From contig JAYUVP010000321.1 in NCBI GenBank assembly GCA_043753995.1, positions 1 through 10,505 on the forward strand: DNA of 10,505 bases, in the 5' to 3' direction. Below the pieces are notes generated by a model, which saw nothing but the letters and a program-made list of their open reading frames with translations, was not told the DNA's origin and made no database searches. The position numbers and the translations under genes were made by a program. This stretch comes from Fibrobacterota bacterium. GTDB lineage: Bacteria; Fibrobacterota; Fibrobacteria; UBA11236. Positions 1-7,274 of the stretch are shown in pieces (position 1 is the stretch's first letter; each line of letters opens with the position of its first letter).

Positions 1-1
1 C

Positions 2-889
2 GTGCGAATGGTGCAGGGAGAGGCCATCCCCGCGCTCGGCGCCAATTGCTACAGGCGCATCGACAGCGGAGCAACCACTAACTTCGCGCCAAAAACCACG
101 GGCGTTCTCGATACCTCGATAGTCGGCAAGACGACTCTTGCCTATGCCTGCGAAGAGCCCACCGGAATTTCGCGCATTACCAAAAACCAAGTCGTCATCG
201 TCGCCGCAAGGCCCATCACTTCCCGCACCTTGCTCGCCACCAAGGACATTCATTTTGACTTGCGCAATACCTATCAACAAGGCTTGTCACCGGTGCTTGG
301 CCTCTATCCTAAAGATTCAACACAAGCCAATGCCATTGCCTTTGACCTAACCCAGGTTCAATCCGGTCGCCTGGTCAGCGGTAACATAAGATTGTTGACC
401 TATATCTCCTCCCAGCCATGGGATACCGTCGTCACTTGGACGGCCCGCATTCGCAGCTTGCAAAGGGATTGGATGGAAGGCACAGGGAATCACTATTGGC
501 ATAACGGAACGTGGAAAAATGGTGGCGATGTGATTTTCGCGAATCATCCGTTTTCTTCCGACTTGAAAGCCAGAAGTCAAAATCCACTGCTAGCCCCAGG
601 AGTCAAGGCCGATAGCGCCCAATTATGGATGGATGCGAATTTGGATTCCGTAACGACTCTTCAAGTGACAGCGAAATACAAGCCGGGGCCGAGCGTGCCA
701 TTGCCCATGGCCCCACAATTGACTCAGGTGGATTTGGACATCACTGATTATTTGAAAACCGCCGACTTGAGCAAAAACTTCGGCTTCTACATTCAAATCA
801 ACGGCGCCGAAGGCTATGTGGTCAGCTGCATGTCGCGGGAATTGCAGAATGGCGCCATCGGACCCAAGCTCATTTTACAAGAACAATGA
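2..889 (+). CDS. 5'-truncated protein with a C-terminal DNRLRE/CBM96-like beta-sandwich domain (probably secreted or surface carbohydrate-binding protein)
   Basis: The ORF is open from the window edge to TGA at 887-889. From about nt 230 the translation follows the DNRLRE pattern: 'LLATKDIHFD', 'AIAFDLTQVQSGRLVSGNIRLLTY' (cf. llxFDls...sAxLxly), 'RDWMEGTG' (WxE) and the C-terminal 'DLDITDYLK...NFGFYI...SRE...GPKLIL' (cf. DvTxlv...NyGfll...SrE...PkL). The true start is probably upstream of the window. Confidence 0.6.
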   Translation: MRMVQGEAIPALGANCYRRIDSGATTNFAPKTTGVLDTSIVGKTTLAYACEEPTGISRITKNQVVIVAARPITSRTLLATKDIHFDLRNTYQQGLSPVLGLYPKDSTQANAIAFDLTQVQSGRLVSGNIRLLTYISSQPWDTVVTWTARIRSLQRDWMEGTGNHYWHNGTWKNGGDVIFANHPFSSDLKARSQNPLLAPGVKADSAQLWMDANLDSVTTLQVTAKYKPGPSVPLPMAPQLTQVDLDITDYLKTADLSKNFGFYIQINGAEGYVVSCMSRELQNGAIGPKLILQEQ

Positions 890-895
890 AAATGG

Positions 896-937
896 GGAGC
901 CGACATTAGGGCGCCAGAGCCCTTAACTCGCGGCTCC
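896..937. terminator. Imperfect hairpin between convergent genes; possible bidirectional terminator
   Basis: An outer stem GGAGCCG (896-902)/CGGCTCC (931-937) encloses an inner stem AGGGC (908-912)/GCCCT (919-923). It spans the 33-bp gap between the two stop codons and overlaps the regulator's last codons. There is no clear U-tract on the + strand; the - strand reads CCATTTTC downstream. Confidence 0.3.
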
Positions 938-2695
938 ACCCGACATTTCGCTTAGCCGCCTGAACAAAGTCGATCGGCCCATTTTAAGCAAGGCGGCGGT
1001 CTTTTCTTTGTCCTCGCCGCATAAACTTAGAGCCTTGCGAATATGTTCATTCTGAAATTGCAGAGTCGCCGCCTCAAGATCTAAAAACCCAGACTCTGCC
1101 TGCGGCATGGGCAATTCCACCAGGGGCGTGCGCGACAAGACTGCGCCTTTCATCACGGCATTTTGCAATTCGCGCACATTGCCACTCCAACGAAAATGCG
1201 GCAGCCAATCCAAAACGGATGGATGAAAATCCTCGATGGATTTCTGTGGGTTTTGCGCCTTCGCCTTTTCCAGGAAATGATAGGCCAGCAATAAAATGTC
1301 TTCCCCTCGCTCGCGCAGGGGAGGCACGCGCACTTCATGCTGATTGAGCCGGAAATAAAGGTCTTCGCGAAAGGTGCCTTGGCGCACCATGGCTTCGAGA
1401 TTGCGGTGGGTGGCACAAAGAATGCGCACGTCGATGTCCAGCTCTTGAGCCTGACCCAAGGGCTTTACCTTGCGAGCCTCCAGGACGCGCAAGAGATTGG
1501 CTTGCAAACCCAACTCCAATTCGCCGACTTCGTCGAGCAATAAGGTGCCGCCCTGGGCGGAAAGGAAAAGGCCGGGATAATCGCGCACTGCGCCGGTGAA
1601 AGCTCCGCGTCGATAACCGAACAATTCTCCGGCCAGCATATCACCGCGCAAGGTGGAGCAATTCACAACGAGAAAGGGCTTGGCATGGCGCGGGCTGGTG
1701 GCATGCACATATTGAGCCAACCTGTCCTTGCCCGTTCCGGTTTCTCCATAAAGCAAAATGTTGAGTTGAGAGGCTGCCACCAAGTCGAGCTCGTCGAGCA
1801 TTCTGCGCATGGCCGGACTCTGGGCGATAAGTCCCGCTGCAGGATTGGCGGCACGGGCAGCCAGGAGCAAGGTGTTTTGCTGAGCGATATAGGCAGCATG
1901 GTGAAGAAGGCTGCCAGCCAAGGTGGCGAAGAGCGACAGCGTTTCACGATCGGAGTCGTCGAATTGGCGACTGGGTCGGGTAGATCCCAGATAAAAAATC
2001 CCAATGAGGCGACCCGCGATTTCGACCGGACAAGCCAGGGCTGAGCGCAATCGCATGGACATCACGCTTTCAGCCTGGGAGAATCGCTTGTCTTCCATGG
2101 CATCACGCAGCAATAGCGGTTGGCGAGTGCGTATCACTTCTTGCACCACGCTGTCGGAATACAATTCCTTGTGGGTGCGCTTGCCGTCCCACTTGGCCGA
2201 CGTAGCCACTTGATGCGGATTTCCCGCCGCATCCAGGGAAAACACAACGCCCTCGGATCCCCCAAGCAAATCCTGCAGGGTATGAAGTACAGCCTCAAGG
2301 ATGGGCTTCAGGGATTTCTCGGTTCCGATTCTTTCTTGCAGGCTTTGCAGGGCGGCGAGCAAAGCCGCATCGCGTGATTTTCCCGGGGCCGTCTCGGCAT
2401 CGCTTTCGACCTCAATGCGCAGGCCGGCAAGGTCGAGCTTGTCGCCCACTTGCAATTCCGCCTTCTGCCTGATTTCCCCATTTTGGGACCAAGCCAATGC
2501 TCCGAGGCCATGGGCGCTGACGCCCTGGGCGTCAATGCGAAACTCCAGGGCCGTTTCCGGCATGCCGGGAATCGCCACGCAAATATCATTGTCAGCCGCC
2601 GCCCCAAGAAAGGTCGAGGGGGCCACCAGGGCAATGCTGCGGCTGCCCTCGGGCAATAGCAAGCGCAACTTTAGCAGACGCACCGAAGCGGACAT
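923..2695 (-). CDS. Sigma-54-dependent enhancer-binding protein (FHA-like + GAF + AAA+ + Fis HTH), about 590 aa
   Basis: Walker A GETGTGKD, ELFGYRRGAFTGA (GAFTGA at 1589-1606), Walker B LLLDEVGEL, RILCATHRNL, FREDLYFRLN, PPLRERGEDI, WSGNVRELQN and HTH 'KTAALLKMGRSTLFRRL' are all present. The GAF signature is 'DAMEDKRFSQAESVMSMRLRSALACPVEIAGRLIGIFYL'. I placed the start at ATG 2695 (AAGGA 8 nt upstream) rather than the ORF-track 2866, which would overlap the divergent gene. Confidence 0.92.
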   Translation of the reverse strand: MSASVRLLKLRLLLPEGSRSIALVAPSTFLGAAADNDICVAIPGMPETALEFRIDAQGVSAHGLGALAWSQNGEIRQKAELQVGDKLDLAGLRIEVESDAETAPGKSRDAALLAALQSLQERIGTEKSLKPILEAVLHTLQDLLGGSEGVVFSLDAAGNPHQVATSAKWDGKRTHKELYSDSVVQEVIRTRQPLLLRDAMEDKRFSQAESVMSMRLRSALACPVEIAGRLIGIFYLGSTRPSRQFDDSDRETLSLFATLAGSLLHHAAYIAQQNTLLLAARAANPAAGLIAQSPAMRRMLDELDLVAASQLNILLYGETGTGKDRLAQYVHATSPRHAKPFLVVNCSTLRGDMLAGELFGYRRGAFTGAVRDYPGLFLSAQGGTLLLDEVGELELGLQANLLRVLEARKVKPLGQAQELDIDVRILCATHRNLEAMVRQGTFREDLYFRLNQHEVRVPPLRERGEDILLLAYHFLEKAKAQNPQKSIEDFHPSVLDWLPHFRWSGNVRELQNAVMKGAVLSRTPLVELPMPQAESGFLDLEAATLQFQNEHIRKALSLCGEDKEKTAALLKMGRSTLFRRLSEMSGGAAS

Positions 2696-2720
2696 TTTTT
2701 TCTTCCTTGTTTCTTCCCTT
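2696..2720 (-). promoter_or_regulatory. Purine/A-rich ribosome-binding region of the sigma-54 regulator
   Basis: The minus strand reads AAGGGAAGAAACAAGGAAGAAAAAA-ATG, with SD-like AAGGA (2708-2704) 8 nt from the ATG. Confidence 0.5.
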
Positions 2721-2841
2721 ATAGGGCCCAGGTCCAAGGGCTCCGGCGGGGTGCAGACGGGGCTTGATCTACCTACTTTCGCAACTCTATGAGGCCAACT
2801 CCCGCAGGGAAACCCACGCGCCTCTTTGGAAGGCTGTGAAC

Positions 2842-5226
2842 ATGGCAAGCGCCCCCTCCTCCTCACGTCTTGCTTCCTTATCGTCGAGCCTGAAAGCGAA
2901 TGCTCCTTGGCTGATTTTATTGGCGGTAATCGGTTTATTGCCTTTCTTGAGTTTTCTCAGCTCGGGTAAGGTTTTATTCGCATCCGATCAAATCGGGTCG
3001 CCCGGCTGGAAGTTCTTTTTCGAGAGGTTGAGGGCGGGAGAATTACCACTCTGGAATCCCTATCACCTCAGTGGCATGCCGACTTATGATGCCTTAATAG
3101 GCGACGGTTCTTACCCGATTTTTCTTTTGCTCGGCATGTTTCTGCCTGCGGAAAAGCTGGTCGGCCTGCTCTTTGTGCTGCACACCTTGCTAGCAGGTAG
3201 TTTCGCCTATGTCCTGGTGCGCGGTCACTTTCGTCTCGATCGCTTTCTTTCGGCCGCGCTCGCTGCGGCCTATATGCTGAACACCAATTATTTCTCGCAT
3301 ATATATTCGGGGCATACCGGAAAATTTTACGTGCTCACCTGGCTGCCTTTAGGCCTGTTTTTCCTGCTCGGCTCGCTGGAGCGACGCACGCCTTGGTGGA
3401 AGCCCCTGGGCCTAGCCCTCACTGTCACGGCCATGGTTTTGACCTCCCATTTACAACTGACCTATTACGTGCTCATGGGGTATTTTCTCTATTTCGGCAT
3501 GGTTTTCGTTTCGGCCCTGAAGGAAAAGGCCTATGGACATGCCGGTGGGGTGGCGGCCAAATTCTGGCTGCCAATTCTATTGGGCATCGGTTTATGCTTT
3601 CCCCTGTTTTGGGGGCCATTGCATTACAACAAACAATTCTCGGTGCGCGGCGAAGGTGCAAAACAAACCTATGAGCATGCCACCTCTTGGTCCATACACC
3701 CGGAGGAGGCAGCCTCCCTCTTCATTCCCGAATTCGGCGGATTGAATGAGCAATATTGGGGACGCAATCCCTTTAAGCTCAATAGCGAATACCCCGGCAT
3801 CGCCGTGTGGTTTTTAGGTTTGTTTGGCCTCATCGCTTTGCGCAAGCGCTTTTTTTGGCTATGGGGCTCGGTAGGGCTAATGGCCATTGTTTACGGCCTC
3901 GGGGCCAATACCCCGATTTTCCACCTTTTTTATAATGTCGTGCCGGGTATCAAAAACTTTCGCGCGCCCAGCATGATTTTGTTTTGGCTGGCTACAGCCC
4001 TGTTGCTCATGAGCGCCCAGCTCTTGAAGGAGCTCACGCAAAACCGCGAAGCCTTGAAGCTCAATGAAAAAAGCATTGAGAAAAAGCTTTTGATTTTCGG
4101 CGCCATTGCCGGAGGAGTCTTGCTTTTCCTAGGCATTTTCAGTGGTGTCGCCTATGGCATTTGGAATGCCTTCATTTCGCCCCAGGAGATGGCAAATTTC
4201 GCCCATCAAACCGCCGCGCAATCGGGTTTTACCGCCGGAGCTTTGCGAGCGGGGATATTGCTTTTCGTCTTGGCCTTCGCCTTGCGCAATTTGATTTTCA
4301 AGCAGCGCAATGAGAGGGGTTTCGCAGCGGTACTGCTCGGCGTCGTCGTGATTGATTTGCTTTGGGTCGATCATCGCTTCATCGAAACCTATGAGTTCAG
4401 CCGCATGTTTCCCCAAGAGGCCGCTATTTCACAATTGAAAGCCGACACTTCGGCTTATCGCGTCTTCGCCTTGCCTGGCGCCACCCAGCGAGGCTATTTG
4501 CAATACCATGAAATTTCGAGCTCGGACGGCTGGGCCGATCAGGAATATCGCGGGTATCGCGCCTATCGCGGCGGCGACTACAATCAAAACCCCACCTTCA
4601 TGGAAGGCTTAAAGCAAAACCCTGACGGCAGCGTCAGCGGCAGCAAATTCTTCGACATGCTCAATGTCAAGTATTTGCTTTATCGCCTGCCAGAAGTGCC
4701 CGGTTTGCAGCTTGCCGAAAACAAGGACGTGCTGCCCCGAGCGCGCTTTCTTTCGCAATGGGAATCGCTGCCACTCGATCAGCATATTCAGCGCATGAGA
4801 CAAGCGGATTTTGATCCCAAAATATCGGCCTTGGTCGATGCCGCGACTCCCTCGCCGAATCCTCCCTCCCTCGATTCGGCCCAAATCGCCAACGCTGCGC
4901 CCGTTGAAATTCATCGCGAGAATAGCGGAGTGAACGCCGACCAATATCGAGTGAAAAACGATCGCGAAGGCATGCTCGTCCTTTCTGATATCTGGTATCC
5001 CTATTGGCGGCTCACCGTGGACGGCCAGCAACAGTCTCTCTTGCGCGTGAATTATCTCTTTCGCGGCGTCTATTTGAAGCCCGGCGCTCACACCGTTTCC
5101 GTGCACTATCACAGCGAACCGCTTACCCAAGGCCTGTTGGTTTCCCTGCTCGCCCTCTTCGGCCTGGGCATCCTGTCTTTCGCCTTGGCGAAATTCGGAG
5201 ATAGACCCTCGACCCCGTCGGCATGA
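2842..5226 (+). CDS. YfhO-family polytopic membrane protein (GT-C-like glycosyltransferase), about 794 aa
   Basis: An N-terminal TM segment is followed by 'FASDQ...GELPLWNPYHLSGMP' and more than 10 hydrophobic segments. Also present are 'FRAPS', 'FFDMLNVKYLL', 'LPRARF' and the typical YfhO C-terminus 'GMLVLSDIWYPYWRLTVDGQ...RVNYLFRGVYLKPGAHTVSVHY', then a final TM. I chose ATG 2842 as the start (GGAAGG at 2828-2833) over TTG 2764. Confidence 0.85.
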   Translation: MASAPSSSRLASLSSSLKANAPWLILLAVIGLLPFLSFLSSGKVLFASDQIGSPGWKFFFERLRAGELPLWNPYHLSGMPTYDALIGDGSYPIFLLLGMFLPAEKLVGLLFVLHTLLAGSFAYVLVRGHFRLDRFLSAALAAAYMLNTNYFSHIYSGHTGKFYVLTWLPLGLFFLLGSLERRTPWWKPLGLALTVTAMVLTSHLQLTYYVLMGYFLYFGMVFVSALKEKAYGHAGGVAAKFWLPILLGIGLCFPLFWGPLHYNKQFSVRGEGAKQTYEHATSWSIHPEEAASLFIPEFGGLNEQYWGRNPFKLNSEYPGIAVWFLGLFGLIALRKRFFWLWGSVGLMAIVYGLGANTPIFHLFYNVVPGIKNFRAPSMILFWLATALLLMSAQLLKELTQNREALKLNEKSIEKKLLIFGAIAGGVLLFLGIFSGVAYGIWNAFISPQEMANFAHQTAAQSGFTAGALRAGILLFVLAFALRNLIFKQRNERGFAAVLLGVVVIDLLWVDHRFIETYEFSRMFPQEAAISQLKADTSAYRVFALPGATQRGYLQYHEISSSDGWADQEYRGYRAYRGGDYNQNPTFMEGLKQNPDGSVSGSKFFDMLNVKYLLYRLPEVPGLQLAENKDVLPRARFLSQWESLPLDQHIQRMRQADFDPKISALVDAATPSPNPPSLDSAQIANAAPVEIHRENSGVNADQYRVKNDREGMLVLSDIWYPYWRLTVDGQQQSLLRVNYLFRGVYLKPGAHTVSVHYHSEPLTQGLLVSLLALFGLGILSFALAKFGDRPSTPSA

Positions 5227-5233
5227 TGGCCCG

Positions 5234-6280
5234 ATGAAACTGCTGTTAATCGGGCCCTATCCGATCGAAAACAATGGCATGAGCCATTATATCGATCAGA
5301 TCCAGCAGGAATGGAAAAGGCAAGGACACACCGTGTTCACGGAGACCCTTTATTTCTGGAAATACAAGGCCACCGTGTTTCGCTGGCTTTCCTTGCGGAA
5401 GCGCCTGGGAGAAGGCTTCGACGCGGTGCTGATTCAGCACACCCCCACTGCCTCGGGACCCTTGATAGCCCTCTTTTTACGAGCCGCTAAGAAAGCGGGA
5501 ATTCCGGTTTGGTTGGAAGGGCATGAAACCCCGGAAACCTATTCCCGACATTTGCCGGCCTTTCTACGCGGACTCTTCAATGCTTATGAAAGCCAGGCGT
5601 ATAACAGCAGTCGCGGTTGCCTGGTGCATACGAATTTTCACCGCGAAGCCTTGACTGAACTCGGTGTGCAAGTTCCCATCACCGTAATTCCCCTGCCTGT
5701 CTATGGCGCGTCTTCTGTGCCGCCTGCGGCGCAGTGCGGGGCTGACTGGGGCTATTACGGCATGATCAGCCCCAAGAAAGGCGTAGACCTTCTCTTGCAG
5801 GCTTATCAGCTTTCACCTCCTGGCCATTTTCCCCGCTTGCACATTTTGGGTAAGGCCGCGCCGGGAAATCAAGACTATGTCGCGGGTCTGAAAAAAAGTG
5901 TTCGTCCCGAATACTCCGAACATATACTCTTCGCGGGATATATCCCGGATGAAAAACTGGCCGAAGCCATGGCCGAATTGGCGTGGATGATTTTTCCCTA
6001 TCGCTGGGTCTCCCAAAGCGCCGCGCTGGCGCAAACTTGCTTTTACGGCATTCCTTATCTCGCCGCCGACATTCCCTTTTTCAAGGACTTTCACGGCCAA
6101 TTCGGCTGCGGACGCCTTTTCACGGCCGACTCCGTGGCCGCTTTACATCAGGCTCTGCAAGCCTTGCAAAATGCGAAAGGCGAGACCGCGAAATTTCCAT
6201 TCGAAAACCTGCGAAATGAACTCAGCCTCAGCGCTTGCGTGAGCAGGCAAATCCACCTCTTTTCATCGTATACTGAATAA
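5234..6280 (+). CDS. Glycosyltransferase, GT4-like (GT-B fold), 348 aa
   Basis: N-terminal 'MKLLLIGPYPIENNGMSHY'; C-terminal Rossmann motifs 'YYGMISPKKGVDLLLQAY', 'LHILG', 'FAGYIPDEKL' and 'FPYRWVSQSAALAQ...GIPYLAADIP'. It starts 7 nt after the yfhO-like stop. Confidence 0.85.
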   Translation: MKLLLIGPYPIENNGMSHYIDQIQQEWKRQGHTVFTETLYFWKYKATVFRWLSLRKRLGEGFDAVLIQHTPTASGPLIALFLRAAKKAGIPVWLEGHETPETYSRHLPAFLRGLFNAYESQAYNSSRGCLVHTNFHREALTELGVQVPITVIPLPVYGASSVPPAAQCGADWGYYGMISPKKGVDLLLQAYQLSPPGHFPRLHILGKAAPGNQDYVAGLKKSVRPEYSEHILFAGYIPDEKLAEAMAELAWMIFPYRWVSQSAALAQTCFYGIPYLAADIPFFKDFHGQFGCGRLFTADSVAALHQALQALQNAKGETAKFPFENLRNELSLSACVSRQIHLFSSYTE

Positions 6281-6284
6281 CCCC

Positions 6285-7274
6285 ATGGCTGATAATATTC
6301 TCCTTCTGGGCGGCGCCGGCTATATCGGTTCGCATGCCGCCAAGCAACTGCATAAGCATGGGTTTGTGCCGGTGACTTTCGACAACCTTTCGCGTGGCCA
6401 TAAACAAGCCGTACAATGGGGACCATTGGTAGAGGACTCCATCGGCAATGGCGAGGCCCTTGCCCAATGCCTGCGGGAATACCGCCCAATTGCGGCCATG
6501 CATTTCGCCGCTTTCGCCTATATCGAAGAATCCGTGCGCGACCCAGGCTTGTACTATCGCAATAACTTCGTAGCGACCCAGGTATTGCTCGATTGCCTAG
6601 TGGCGGCGAAGGTGAAGACCTTGGTGTTTTCTTCTTCTTGCGCCACTTTCGGAATACCCGAGCACCTACCTATTTCAGAAACGACACCCCAAAACCCAAT
6701 CAATCCCTATGGTCGAACCAAGGTCATGGCCGAAGCCATGCTCAACGATTATGACGCGGCTTATGGATTGAAGTCGGTTTGCCTTCGCTATTTCAATGCC
6801 GCTGGCGCCGATCCCGAAGGCCATATCGGAGAAGATCATTTTCCCGAACCGCACTTGATCCCTTTGCTATTCGATGTAGTCCTGGGACGCCGAGAGCAAG
6901 CCTTCATTCACGGGGATGATTATCCGACTCCCGACGGCACTTGCATTCGAGACTTTATCCATGTTTCGGATATCGCCGAAGCCCATGTGCTGGCCCTGAG
7001 GCATTTGCTCGCAGGGGGGGAGAGCCAGCGTTACAATCTCGGCAATGGCAAAGGGTATTCCGTGCGCGAAGTCATTGCTTCGGTGGAACGTGTGACGGGG
7101 CATCGATTGCCGGTCACCGTTGGCCCGCGTCGTCCGGGCGATCCTCCTGAATTGATCGCCACTTCGGCTAAAATCAGCCGAGAATTAGGCTGGCGTATAC
7201 GTTACGGCGAATTGGACGAAATCGTGGCGACGGCTTGGCGCTGGCACCAGAAAAAAACCATTCAAGCGCCGTAG
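6285..7274 (+). CDS. galE: UDP-glucose 4-epimerase, 329 aa
   Basis: GGAGYIGSH NAD-binding motif, HFAAFAYIEES, FSSSCATFG, catalytic YGRTK (YxxxK), LRYFNAAGADP, DYPTPDGTCIRDFIHV, YNLGNGKGYSVREVI and RRPGDPP. Confidence 0.95.
   Translation: MADNILLLGGAGYIGSHAAKQLHKHGFVPVTFDNLSRGHKQAVQWGPLVEDSIGNGEALAQCLREYRPIAAMHFAAFAYIEESVRDPGLYYRNNFVATQVLLDCLVAAKVKTLVFSSSCATFGIPEHLPISETTPQNPINPYGRTKVMAEAMLNDYDAAYGLKSVCLRYFNAAGADPEGHIGEDHFPEPHLIPLLFDVVLGRREQAFIHGDDYPTPDGTCIRDFIHVSDIAEAHVLALRHLLAGGESQRYNLGNGKGYSVREVIASVERVTGHRLPVTVGPRRPGDPPELIATSAKISRELGWRIRYGELDEIVATAWRWHQKKTIQAP

Noticed and set aside
1411..1426. Sigma-54-like -24/-12 sequence TGGCACAAAGAATGC on the + strand
   Set aside because: It lies inside the regulator CDS, antisense, and is explained by the codons of the conserved RILCATH motif. 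It is about 1.4 kb from the next + strand gene.
2301..2792. 163-aa + strand ORF and other short ORFs overlapping the regulator
   Set aside because: These are antisense or alternate-frame shadows of a well-supported CDS, with no recognisable motifs.
2718..2793. Sigma-70 promoter candidates TATAAG (- strand, 2723-2718) and TTGATC-N18-TATGAG (+ strand, 2764-2793)
   Set aside because: Both -10 hexamers lack the conserved final T, and the first has no properly spaced -35. They are too weak to call.
2696..2866. ORF-track N-terminal extensions of the regulator (to 2866) and of the YfhO-like gene (from 2764)
   Set aside because: They would overlap head-to-head by about 100 bp and look non-protein-like. 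The downstream ATGs at 2695 and 2842 have SD-like sequences.
4609..5130. 173-aa minus-strand ORF within the YfhO-like gene
   Set aside because: It is an antisense shadow of the conserved YfhO C-terminal domain, with no independent motif or RBS.
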